Shown one piece after another: positions 1 to 11,833 of a DNA stretch of 64,000 bases (within the stretch, counting starts at the first letter, position 1; every line of letters begins with the position of its first letter). The notes beneath the pieces were generated by a model that worked only from the letters and a program-made list of their open reading frames with translations, was not told the origin of the DNA and ran no database searches. The position numbers and the translations under genes are program-made. This DNA is from Paraspadella gotoi (Eukaryota; Animalia; Chaetognatha). The stretch is from positions 27,120,611 through 27,184,610 of the forward strand of contig CM119263.1 in the NCBI GenBank assembly GCA_051294375.1. Direction: 5' to 3'.

Positions 1-1347
1 ACGATCGAGTGGCGTGACGCGTTTACCTAAATTCGGTGATGGCGTTTCGCCTGAGGAGAAGCAGTTCTCATCGAGTTGCGCGGAATGGACGATCAAAAGC
101 GCATTATAAAATTGGGCATCTTTCACTTTTCATTATGATAACTAAGTTTAAGCCTTTTTTCGATAGTTAAAATAACATTCTTAACTTGAGCCTGAATTGC
201 TTTTATTTTTTATTTTTTCGATCGCCTATGGTGTGCGTTATGTGGACGGTTTGCACCCCATGCATTTTCAAAATCTCGCTCGTTATGCGATAAGCGATAA
301 CCGGTGGGTGGCTTGAATTCGAACCAGGTCTCGAAACGATAACCGCCTAAACCCCAGGGTAATAGAAAAGGATAAGAAAGAAAACAAAGGGGAGAACTAA
401 GATAAGAAAAGAAGGTATATGTAGGAAGAGGCATCAAAAATGGTAGGTCGGTTGGTAGGTGGATAGGTAATTCGAAAAGAAAATACGGCGAGTTTGAGAA
501 ATTGTTCAAAGATAATTTGTAGGAAATTGAGCCAGTATCCTAAAAGATAAATAAAAATTTGATTTAAATTTTAAATTAAACCTAAAGTGGGGAGATAAAA
601 ATCAGCAAATGGTTACAAACTAAAAAAAGAAGAATTTCGACGGCGTTAAAAATGCATTATGTGAAATGTGTGCATTTTGCGGCGGTACCAGGAGGAAACG
701 AATGTTCCAGGCATCGCTGTCGTCTTTGGCGCATGGCAGCGCCCTCACCGAACCTTTGACCTAGGGTTTAGGTTTTGATCGTTTTGGGTGGAGAAAAAGG
801 AGATAACATTGGTGGTTCGATTTTAACGGTGGCTGGGGTGGCAAAAGTGGTGGTGGTGGTGAATAGGTCAGTGGCACCCTTAGACCAAAAGGGCATCGCC
901 CGGTGGAAGGAAAAAAGTCTGATGCGCGGGCGCGGAACCCAAAAAGATAACCCCTTGGCCTAGACACGGCTAATGACGCTCTCTCTCTCTCGCTCTCTCT
1001 CTCTCTCCCTCCCTCTCTCCCCCTCTCTCTCTCTCTCTCCCACAAAAGGAGAACGTGTGGACGCAAACGAATGCTCTAGATTCGCTTCAAGGCCGGGGAA
1101 TCCAGGCACGAGAATGCACGGATGAAAGATAGTCTGCTATTGTTGGCCTTATCTGTCTAATTCTATTAAGTTAAATATAAATAAGTAGCATAATTCTTTA
1201 TCAGATACTTTTATTTGTATAATAGTACTCTAATTCAAAGTATAAGTAAAAACGCACTTTTCGATCGTGACACTATTTATACATGTTTTACACCTGTTGC
1301 ACCATACGCCTCAGACCTGTTTTTTTACTATCCTTCGTTGCAATTGT

Positions 1348-4143
1348 CTATGCTAAGTTTTTCAACTCCTTAGTCATCGGTTTTCCAAAGTGAGATTTTG
1401 GAATCGCCTCCACGAACCTGACGCCTCCGCGCAGCCGATTCAAGACGCTCGTCCGCGCGGCGACGAAAGCTTCGAGTTCGGACGCCATTGTGTCGGAGGC
1501 GGCGACGTCCGACTTGAGAACAACGAAGGCTCTGGGTTCAACGGCCTCTTTAACGGTGACACCGGCGACGACGCATTCGGCGACTGCGGGGTGCGCCTGA
1601 AGGACCGCTTTGATTGTGGCGGGTGCCACGTGTTGGCTGGGGAATGAAGAAAAGTGGCAAAAAAGCCAAGATAACCAAAGACTGAACGGGATAAAAAATA
1701 ATGCCCACTTAATCAACCAACCCGTCCTTGTACGGAATGAGTTCCTTGATTCTGTCCGTGATAAAGAGATGTCCGTCCAAACTGAAGCGTCCAATATCGC
1801 CCGTGTGGAACCATCCGTCCACATCAAATACGGACGCAGTCGCTTCGGGAGCGTTCAAGTAGCCCTTCATTACTGAAGGACTACGAACGCAGACTTCGCC
1901 CTCGCTAGTCGAAGGAAGGTCCGATCCCGTGGAAGGATCCACGATCTTTGATAATCGGAAGCGGGAAAATGAAAATATTTATAAAAAGGATACTTGCAAT
2001 ATTATAGTCTTGTAAGAACTATTGAGCCTTTAATCCACCATGAATCTGCTTCGAAGTGGAGAGGAAATAAATCAACTTTATTGAATGAATGGAAAGTTTA
2101 TATTTTGTTGTTAAATTAATTTCTTTTACCTTCATTTCAACATTCGGAAAAGGAATTCCCGAAGATCCTTTCCGTCTCGCTCTCTCGTCACTTGGCGTCC
2201 TGGTGATTAGCAACACCTAAAAAAAAAAAATTCATTGGAACCGTTTAGTACGGTCGAGTCATGTCACGTCACTCAACATTGTTACGTCAATCTCGCCTCA
2301 GTGAGTCCATAGATTTGATATATATCGGAGATTTCGGTTCGATCGCGAAACGCGTTTTCGACTTCCGCCGAGAGAATGGCGCCGCCGGTCATAATCGTCC
2401 GGACTGAAGACAAATCCGGCGCCGGGGAGACGAGGCCCTTGGCGATCGAGGTAACGTGCCAACCGATCAGGAACACGACCCTGTTGGGTTGGGCCATATT
2501 TTCATAAAGTGCCCGACTTAAATTAATCTTAAATTTAGAATTTAAAAAGTTTTAAAATTCAAAGATTAGGTTATGGGCTCAAGAAAGATTAAAGTTAAAC
2601 TTAAAGGCTAGGTTAGGAATTTGGTTAAAGATTAAATTTATGATTTGGGTTAGGGTTAAAAGATAAGGTTAAGGACTGAGGTTGAGTATTTATTAAGAGG
2701 GCTAAAAGTCAGTTTATAGGTTAGGAACAATAATGAAACGCTCTCGAAAAATACAAATTTAAATTCGGCACAGAATAAGAGCTCGTATTAAGAAAAATAA
2801 AAAAAAATGGTTAATTCAACGCTGCGGCGACACGCCCTAAAAAAATTCTCCTCATACCCATCTTAGAAATTTACTTCATGCGGTAATCGCTAATTAGCTT
2901 CAAATCTCTCGCGACGTCGAAATCCGAGACGACAACGACGTTCGCCCGTCGCAGAGGAAATTTCATGGAAGCTAATTGCAGCCCTCCCACGTGGGCCATG
3001 GGAGCCTGACACATGGTCGCGTCTCCGGGTTCCATGTCGGCGAATCCCTCGTGCAACTGTTGCAACAGGTTGGCCACGATGGCGCGGTGCGTGTGGACGA
3101 TCCCCTTGGGCGATCCGGTGGTGCCGCTGCTGCTCTGCACGATCGCCGCGTCGTCGGCGGAGATTTTCGGCGGGCCGAGAAAGGCGGAGCCGTCGTCGGC
3201 GGAGAGGAAGGCGAACGGGATCGCATCTGTTGGTAGACCCAAAAATCGACAATTGTTCGAACCTCTTGAACTCATTCATAAAGTCCTCCTCGTTCTCTCT
3301 CTTCTTTTTGCTTCTTCTCTTTTTATCTCTCTTGTCTTATCTTATCTTGTCTTTTCTCTACTTTATTTTCTCTTCTCTTCTCTTTTCTTCTCTTCACTCA
3401 CCATCGTTCTTCCCTCCGACCTCGACGTCAAACACTATAAGCGTCTCTATCTGATCCGATTGGCAAAAGGCCTGTCTCGCCGTCTCCAAGTAATTCGAGG
3501 AACAGGCGATCACTTTGGCGCCTTTTTCTTCCGCCTGACGCTTTAATTCCGCGACATCGAGCGAAGTGTAGACCGGTGCGAAGACGCCGCCCAGCGCTAA
3601 CGTGGCGAAGCAGGTTATCGCGTATTCCACGCAGTTGGTCGAGATCACCGTCAAACCGTCTTCCTTTTTAAAATGTGTGGTTAATCAGTTATTAATGGGC
3701 TGAGACTCATAGATTAAAATTTTAGAATGGAATTCATAAACCACGCCTACGTTACTTCGTTGATAGCTTCACATATCTTCTCTTGATTCAATTTATTAAT
3801 ATATTAATAATATTATTAAATCATCATAAAAAATTATTTCGATTTTAAAATTATTCACTCATCTAAATGCTTAGAACAATTTGCTACTCACCTTTCCAAA
3901 CCCCCTCTTGGCCAACGCGCTGGCAACCCTCTCTGCCAAATCGACGATCCTCTTCGCGCTGAAGATCTCGCCGCTCGACGCGGATGTAAAAAGAATGTCC
4001 TCCGGATGTTGAAGAAAGCGTGACTTGATGAAAGTGAAGACGTCGACGGTCGGGATGTCCACGTCTGAAAACGGCGATCGAACCACGGTGGGTGCGGAGG
4101 CTGTTGGCGCCGGAGAGGCGGATGTTTTTGCGTAGGTTTCCAT
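1348..4143 (-). CDS. Luciferase-like / 4-coumarate:CoA ligase-like AMP-binding (ANL superfamily) enzyme, 7 exons, 549 aa
   Basis: Hand-spliced exons (minus): 4143-3892, 3663-3402, 3226-2875, 2480-2297, 2216-2130, 1945-1722, 1636-1348. Total 1650 nt = 549 aa + stop, with all intron phases consistent. Five introns are GT-AG and one is GC-AG. Motifs: SSSGTTGSPKG (A3 P-loop), YGLTE (A5), GEVCVRSPSVMKGY (A6), GWFHTGDIG (A7), DRIKELI (A8), LRGGVRFVEAIPKSHFGK (A10), plus an N-terminal VVRSPFSDVDIP typical of animal 4CL/luciferase-like proteins. Confidence 0.95.
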
Positions 4144-4569
4144 GGAGACGGAAAACTCGAGTTTTAAACGGGGGAAAATTAAAAGTGATCCTTTTTTTAA
4201 ACGATGTTCCGTTCTACCTTATGCTTTTTTGAAAGCTCTTAAAATGAATCTGGAACAACTGGTTCGTGAACTTCGAACTCCTTTTAATGTACGTAGCTCA
4301 AGGAAAAGACGAGTGCTGAAGAAAACCTGAACTCGTTGAGTCGTAGAATCTACTAAGGCGGAACAGGTTACAAACTAACAGAAGTCCGGTATAAATATTA
4401 TTAATGTGTTTATTAAAGATCGTGAAAATATAAAAAAAATAAGATTTATCTTATAGTTAAACGCATGGAAGCTATTTTATATTGTAGTCGGGCATTGCAT
4501 AAGTTCACCTATAAGCATTTAAGCATGATACCTTCAGTCGTGACCTAGTGGCTCATGACCACAAGGTAC

Positions 4570-5009
4570 TACGGCGGGCCAAAATTGAACACTTTTTATA
4601 ACTTCAAGTTCTATCAAAAAAATTTATTTTTTCCTTCTATTACTAAATCGATTTTCAATGCAACTTGTTGAATTAGTGCATTGGGTTGTTGCAATGAAGC
4701 TTTTAAATAATTATTAATATATAACAATTAACAAAAATTTTTTATAAAAATTGTATTTTTTTAAGAACGGATTCCTATAGAGCTTGAAAGGTTAGATGAA
4801 GGTGAGTACTACAATTTTTTTTAAATTTTGACAACAAATTGGTTAAAAATAGAAAAAACCTTAAAAAATCATCATCATCATAATCATTAGCTGAATTTTA
4901 TAGTTTTTTAAAATTTTCATCAATAAAACAAAAAAAATTAAAAAATTTGTATTAATAACCTTTATCTAACTTTTAAAGCTCTATCAGAATCTATTAAAAA
5001 AAAAATTAA
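4570..5009 (+). mobile_element. MITE family 1 copy (3'-truncated)
   Basis: Starts GGCGGGCCAAAATTGAACAC; collinear with 5186-5742 and 27063-27930. Confidence 0.7.
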
Positions 5010-5185
5010 TAACCAGTAAGGCGGGCCAGAATTTAACATTTTTTACAATATTAAAGTATTTTGATAATATAAAATAGCTTCCATGCCTTTAAATATAAGA
5101 TAAATCTTAAATTCTTTAATAAACATATTAAAAATATTCATACCGGACTTTTGATAGTTTGTAACCTGTTCCACCTTACTGGTTA
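5010..5185. mobile_element. Short MITE with 12-bp terminal inverted repeats TAACCAGTAAGG/CCTTACTGGTTA
   Basis: Perfect TIRs at 5010-5021 and 5174-5185; AT-rich non-coding interior; ends shared with the longer family copies on both sides. Confidence 0.75.
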
Positions 5186-5742
5186 TTAAAGTCGGCCAAA
5201 ATTGAACACTCTTTATAATTTCTAGTTCTCTCAAAAAAAATTTTTTTTCTTCTACTACTAAATCGATTTTCAATGCAACTTTTTAAATTAGTTTATTGGG
5301 TTGTTGTACTGAAGCTTTTAAATATTTTTTAATATATAACAAATGCCAAAAAAATTGTTTTTAAATTTTATTTTTTAAGAACGGATTTATTTAGAACTTG
5401 AAAAGTTAAACGAAAGTTAGTACTACAATTTTTTTTAAATTTTGACAATAAATTGGTTAAAAATAAAAAAACCTTAAAAAAGAATCATCATTGGCTGAAT
5501 TTTATAGTTTTTTAAAATTTTCATTGATAAAATAAAAAAATTTTAAAAGTTGTATTAATAACCTTTATCTAATTTTTAAAGCTCTATCAAAATCTATTAA
5601 AAAAATTTAAAAAATTTATATAATAATAAAATAATCTTTAAATGCTTCCGTGCGCTTATAAATAAGCTAAATTTTAAATATTATTAACCATTATTTATTT
5701 GAGAGAACTTCTAGTTATCAACCTGTTCCGGCCTACTGGTTA
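5186..5742 (+). mobile_element. MITE family 1 copy
   Basis: Runs GGCCAAAATTGAACAC ... ACCTGTTCCGGCCTACTGGTTA and is collinear with the 4570 and 27063 copies. An inverted copy of the 3' end lies at ~4351-4490. Confidence 0.7.
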
Positions 5743-5980
5743 TGCAGTAATTGATATATTACTGAATACTTATTGCATTTTTCAACATTGAATAATAATA
5801 GTTACTCTATCAACGAAGAAAGTAGGCGTGGTTTATTTAGGAGAAGTTAGAGAAGTTTTATTTACACAAATAAACGAGAAGATAATAATAATTGAGGGAG
5901 ATTATAATGATTCAAACGGTGGTTTAAAATATCAAGAAAATAGTTCATGAACTTGGGAATTTTGATGTTAGTTTCCTGAG

Positions 5981-6090
5981 GGTAAGTTGAAGACTGCCTC
6001 GTTTCCTCTCTCATCTCTCTCCTGTCGATTCCGTGAGAAAACCCACCTTTCTGATTGGTCAAGAGAGAAGAAAAGGCAGAAAAGCCAAAC
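5981..6090 (+). repeat. Dispersed repeat (second copy 8243-8360) containing an inverted CCAAT motif
   Basis: Both copies start GGTAAGTT(G/T)AAGACTG and share TCTGATTGGTC and AGAAGA at matching spacing. Confidence 0.5.
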
Positions 6091-6312
6091 GAGACAAACG
6101 AGACAAGCGAAACAAGCTCCAAAATCAGTATAATGTCAATGTCAGAGAGAATTTGTTTATGTCAATGTCTAATATCTTTCTGTCTCTCTCTCTCTCCCTT
6201 TCTCCCTTTCACCATTTAATTTCTTTTCACAATCTAACTCAATCTGTCCTCACCTTAACCTGTCCTCAAATCTGACCACTCTTCTTTTCTAAACTCTTTT
6301 TGGAAACTTTGG

Positions 6313-6377
<65 letters not shown>

Positions 6378-6420
6378 CTTTTGCACAAAAATAATTTCAA
6401 AATTCACAAAACAATTTGTT

Positions 6421-6462
6421 AACGCTGAAGAAGGCTTGTATGCAAGCCGAAACATGTACGTT
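6421..6462 (+). ncRNA. Minimal type-I hammerhead ribozyme (Penelope/retrozyme-associated type)
   Basis: AACG-CTGAAGA-A-GGCTTG-TATG-CAAGCC-GAAA-CATG-TA|CGTT. It has the intact CUGANGA and GAAA core, a 6-bp stem II, a 4-bp stem I (AACG/CGTT), a palindromic ACATGT stem III and a GUA cleavage triplet, followed by AATAAA. Confidence 0.85.
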
Positions 6463-6600
6463 TTAATACAAATAAAGTCGTTGTAGAAAAACATTAAAAA
6501 CTTCTTCCAATACGCAACCACAATGAAAAGAAAGGAAATTCACGAGGTCAATGTCATAAAAAAGAAAATGTAATGGAATGGAAATTTAAATTTTAAAAGG

Positions 6601-6915
6601 CAGTTGAAAAGGTCAGGCAGAAGTGACCGAGAGGGAAATCACGCCTCTCGGTGAGTGTGGATAGCCCCCACACTTAATGTGCACATTTGGTCTGGGCGAT
6701 TTTTCCGTCAGTTGCCTTGCTTTCCAGAACTTCGGATCCGGCGGTAGACTTGCTACCGGTGGTTTAATCGGCCCGTCACTCTTTTTACAAGGTCTGTCCC
6801 GACCAGAGATAGAACCCGTGACCATTGGGTTCGGAGATGAAGGGATAGCCTCGGGCGCTATTACGGTGCTGATGGAAGGAACAGTCGTTTCCAACGGGTA
6901 GTGATATTACATCCC
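6601..6915 (-). other. GC-balanced, hairpin-dense island; candidate RTE-clade LINE 5' UTR fragment or structured ncRNA
   Basis: Stems 6626-34/6644-52, 6654-60/6668-74, palindrome 6676-87, 6742-47/6753-58, 6812-17/6827-32 and 6845-49/6857-61. Sharp boundaries with AT-rich flanks. The resemblance to RTE 5' leaders is from recollection, not a search. Confidence 0.45.
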
Positions 6916-7539
6916 TACAAAGTCTCGCTTTCTCTTAATTCGAGCGTTTTGTCAATTATTTTAAGGACAATATTTTCTCGCGAAAACTCGGGACGTACTT
7001 TTTATATTCGTTTAAATGACCAAAGCAGAAACAATAATTTAAAAACAAGTCCTCCCCTTCTGAAATCAAATGCTTAACATCCAATAACGAATGCAGCACC
7101 ATTATGGAATTAAAAGGCTGCCGCCGCCGCCGCCGCCGCCTCTCCGCCGCCGCCGCCGCTGCCGAAAGCAACCATCGTTGTGGGGGGGAGAGGATTTTAT
7201 CGACGCGGAGATCGCCCGGGCTCAGGAAATGCAGCATTCGCAGAAAAAATTGGGTAAAAGAGACGAAACTCAAACTGGGTTTTGTCCGCGACCTAATTCC
7301 GTGGTTTAGCCCATTGGCGTTGCAGCTTCACTATCTTGAGCAAATTCGAGTTTTCGGTTTTTATTTATTTTCCGAGTCAAATTAAGTCAAAAAGTTATGA
7401 AAGGTAAATTTTGTTCAGTAAACTCGACACCGGGAATTTTTAAAATGGTAAATTATTCTTGGTTTTTGATTTAAGAAAAAGTTTAAAGATTATAAAAAAC
7501 GAGGGCAGGGAAGTTAAAACTTTTTTCTACCTCTTTTTT

Positions 7540-7584
<45 letters not shown>

Positions 7585-8387
7585 TCTCCCACTCATCTTC
7601 CAATATTCCGGTTCGCGAGATAAATTTCGCTGCGCAGCGCAGGACGTCAGACCACGCCATCCGCTGAGCCGTCTCTGTGACAAGCGGCATTCGGCCGGCC
7701 GGCCCGCCGCCGCCGCCGCCGCCCACCACGCTCTTCCTTATCCTTCATCTTTGCTGACAGTAACTTCTTATCCGGCGCGGGGCTTCAGTGAAAACCCCGT
7801 CATTGGCTGCCACCGGGTCGATAGCGAGTCAAACAACAAGAGTGGTGGTGGTGAAATCGAGAGAGTAGGTGATGGAGCGTGAGGGACACTCGGTCCCTCT
7901 CCCCGCGTCTCTGGAGACCCTCGCCCTCGTAATGGAATGCCCCGTTTTTCCTTCCATCCCCGGAGAAAAGACCCAAAATCTATAATTCTCGGGCGGAGAG
8001 AAAACGAAAAAACAAATGTCACGGGTTGGAAAATCGAACGAATTTGAAAGATTTAATTTTAAGGATGGAATGGAATCATGAAACAGGGCGGATAAAAGTT
8101 ATTGCAAAATATTGCCGAAATTTCCGCAATGTGCACGATCGGTTTGATTGTATTGACCGTCGTCGTTTCTTTTGTGAAGTGCGAAAAGTTTTTTACGGAT
8201 ATAATTTTAACTTTAAATAAAGTATTGATGTTAATTACTTGAAGGTAAGTTTAAGACTGTTTACGTTCTCTCTATCATATCTCAGCCGTCGGTTTTCTTG
8301 AGGGAAGCCTCCTCTCTGATTGGTCCATCAGAAGATAAAACGGAGAAGTCGAGAGAGGCAAGCTACTTTACCAATCAGATCCATTTT

Positions 8388-8870
8388 AAATAGGGGTAGC
8401 CGCACTCAATAGGGTGAGTCAAAAATTTAGAGTGAGTACATGCTCAAACGAATATTTGGACATTTTTAAGAATACTTTCAATGGACAAAAAATTTCTAAT
8501 ATGGCTCTATACCCTAGTAATTAATTTTTTAATATTTATTTATAGATAGGAAAGGCCAAAAAATTTTTTTTGAATTTTTAAATTTTAAGACCAGATTCAG
8601 ATAGCTCATAAAAAGTTGTCTACACAAAGTATGATTCTTTTTTAAAAATTTTTACGATAAGTGTGTCAAAAATAAGAAAAACTATTAAAAATCATCATCA
8701 TCATCATCTTTCGATGATTTTATCAGTTTTTTTATATTTTCACTTAGAAAACGTAAGAATTTTTAAAAGCTGTAATTATATTTCTTGTTTAACTTTTTAT
8801 GCTCTATCAGAATCCATCAAAAAATTTTAAGATTTTAAAAAAATATTTTTTGCTCTATATAGTAATATAA
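8388..8870 (+). mobile_element. MITE family 2 copy
   Basis: Reverse-complement similarity to 37310-37771 (e.g. AAAAAGTTGTCTACACAAAGTAT). Shares the CATCATCAT...GCTCTATCAGAATC core with family 1. Confidence 0.6.
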
Positions 8871-9648
8871 TATTTTTAATTAGGCGAGTACCCTCAGAAG
8901 AAAGCATTTTTGACAAAAAATATTTTAATACCATAATCTATGGTCATGATAGATTATTTTAACGCTGTATACATTAGCATTTAAATTTCATCGGCTATGG
9001 CTATTTTAAAGCCCTCTTTGATATTTTATTTTCTCTTTTTGTATATCCTCATTTTCTAACCAAAATATCATGTTTGTTTTGGCCGTTAACGATTCCCCTA
9101 GATCGTTATCTTCTAAAGTATATTCATTCAATTTTCGGCTCCTAATTGTTTGTTTTACGACTATTTTTGCCTTTTTTTTCGGGTTAAGGCGGCAATGATT
9201 CGCTTTTGTCGAGGAGCTTCGTCGCTTGGCAACGAAAAGAGTTTGTTGCTCTTTTCTTTTCCAGTGTTTTGGATTCAACGATAAACATTTCTCTCGATTC
9301 GCTTTCGCGTTGAAAGCAGCCTGGCGAACTTAGTACCGATGAATCCTTTTTTCGCCCTTTTCTTTATCACTCTTTTAAAAGTCTGTTTGCCATTTTTCTT
9401 TCTTTGTTTATTTTTCTCTCGCTCTTTCTCTCTCTAATTTCTTTTTCTTTCTTTCTCTCTCTTTCTGACGCGTCCCTATTTTATAACTCTCTTAATCCCG
9501 CGCCACTCTTACCTCGTCCGTCCAATTAAACCTTTACGACACCTGTGGCTTAGATTCGATCGCGCCTCCCCTCCTCCGGCTCTACTTTCGTTCCATCGCA
9601 TTCGTATTAAGCCTTCAAGTTCCATTAGGCATTCTATTGTTTGGTTTA

Positions 9649-9726
<78 letters not shown>

Positions 9727-10939
9727 TCTCTCCATAACACCATCCGATTTTTCATTTCAAACACCTGATTCCATTTTTTTCATCGATCTTGCACGATGAT
9801 TCGCTGATTCGATGATTCAAGCTGATTCGCTCGACGCCGTATGATTTGGATTATTGTGGGCGTCGCCGCAGGAGGGGGCGGCGCCAGTTGCGACATTGGA
9901 TCTGCTGCAGGTGGAATAGCAAACGGTAGTAGCGGGGGTGGGGGGCGTTTGTATGGTCGACAACGCCTCGGCGCCTGTGGCGGCGGCAGGTCTTGCGCGT
10001 GGACCGGTGTAAATATACCGCCACAGGATCCCCGGGCCAAGACATTACTCAGGTTCTCTAGGCCCGAGAGGAGTCTGATAAGACTGCTACCATAGTGACA
10101 GAGAGAGAGCGCGCGAGTAGTGGGGGCATAGGCGTTTGTCGTAGCGTACCCTGAGAAGGTTGAGTGTTCGATAGTAGGGCTCACCACTTATGACAACAGT
10201 TGGGTTTGCCTGTGATGCCCATTGGAATGGGGGATTCTCACTGTTTGCTTTGGGAGCTTCCGACCCTCAGTGACGCCTCCTGTAAGTGTTTTCTTTATGG
10301 CATCTCTTGTTGAAGCAGATTATGTCATGTATATCTTCTAAAAATGAAAAAAGAAATAGTGGTGTATTTAAAGCCGTGCGGTTCTAAAAACCTCTCTCGC
10401 TCTCTTTTTATGCCTTGCTCTCTCTTTCTCTCTCTCTCTCTTCCTCTTTATGAAAAACAAAACGTCTCGCTCTCTATATCTCCTTCCCTCCCTCTTAAAC
10501 GTTTCATCGAGGACGAGGAATTGAAATATCCCGCATTCCATTTCGCCCTTCATTTTCTGTTTGTCTACTCTCCTTTCTCTCTTTCAATCCTCTTCAGTTA
10601 TTCGGACTCATCTCTTCTCTTCGTCTGCGATCTCTCCGAGCCAGGTCAGTCCCTCCCTCTCTCGTCTTGCGCCTAGGCAAAGATAAGTTCTAAAAAGTGC
10701 CTGCGATCGTCTCATCGTCTTTGCTCGAATATACACTGCATGTTGCTCTCTTGGTCTCAGTCTCTTTCTGGTCCGTACAATTCTCTTTAAAGTTCTGATA
10801 AATCTCTCAGTGCGCCCATGCCAAGTTCCACCCGCTAATAAAGCCCTGAATCATCCCGTCGTGAAACTCGGCTGCTCTTTCTTTCTTTTTTCTTTCTTTC
10901 TTTTTTTATATTTNNNNNNNNNNNNNNNNNNNNNNNNNT

Positions 10940-11030
<91 letters not shown>

Positions 11031-11253
11031 GCCTATAAAAAGCCCTGAATCATCCCGTCGTGAAACTCCGGCTGCTCTTTCTTTCTTTTTTCTTTCTTTC
11101 TTTTTTTTAATTTCTTTTTTCTCGACGTTTCTTTCTTTGGCTCCGTCATAAGCTGCCTCCATTTTGTGGTTCCATAAAATATCGCTTAAGTTTAAGCTAT
11201 CGCTGTTCCCTAAATGTTTTAAGCTGGTTTTTTGAAAAACACCCAAATGTGTT

Positions 11254-11289
<36 letters not shown>

Positions 11290-11298
11290 GGAGGAGAG

Positions 11299-11356
<58 letters not shown>

Positions 11357-11757
11357 TAGAAACCAGTGGCCACAGATAGTTTGTGGACCGAGAGAGACTG
11401 AGATATCCTTTCTAGCTCTCTCCTATTCTCCCCCGTCAACCTCAGTCAGACTTTGGATCACGAATTCAGTTTGATAGATTCGCTTGCTTGGACTAATTTC
11501 CCTCGGTATTTAACCATTTTCCTACGGCATTTACACTGGCTTTTAACATCAACTTGTACTACATTTATTGATTGATTTATTGATCGATTTCTCTTGGATT
11601 ATATTTGATTTCTCTACGATATTCTTCTACATTTTCGTCGAGATTTATTGACAGTATAGAGTCAGTGGAGCACGTTGTCGGTTGCTGCGTATATATGCGA
11701 GCCTTTCCTGGACCAACTGATATTGCTTGGAGCGCGATAGAGAGACGGAACTTCTCT

Positions 11758-11833
<76 letters not shown>

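Noticed and set aside
2565-2725. Telomere-like TTAGG/TTAGGG words in intron 3 of the ANL gene
   Set aside because: Scattered and degenerate, not a tandem telomeric array.
1348-4143. Calling the gene a true luciferase or a horizontally acquired bacterial/plant gene
   Set aside because: Luciferase-like ANL enzymes are widespread in non-luminous animals, the gene has six spliceosomal introns, and activity cannot be read from sequence.
6613-6914. 7SK, U3, RNase P/MRP or telomerase RNA identity for the structured island; also its 93-aa ORF
   Set aside because: It starts GGATGT like 7SK but lacks the paired GAUC motifs and closing CATCC; there is no box C, P4 consensus pair or telomeric template. 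The ORF has no ATG and no usable in-frame acceptor.
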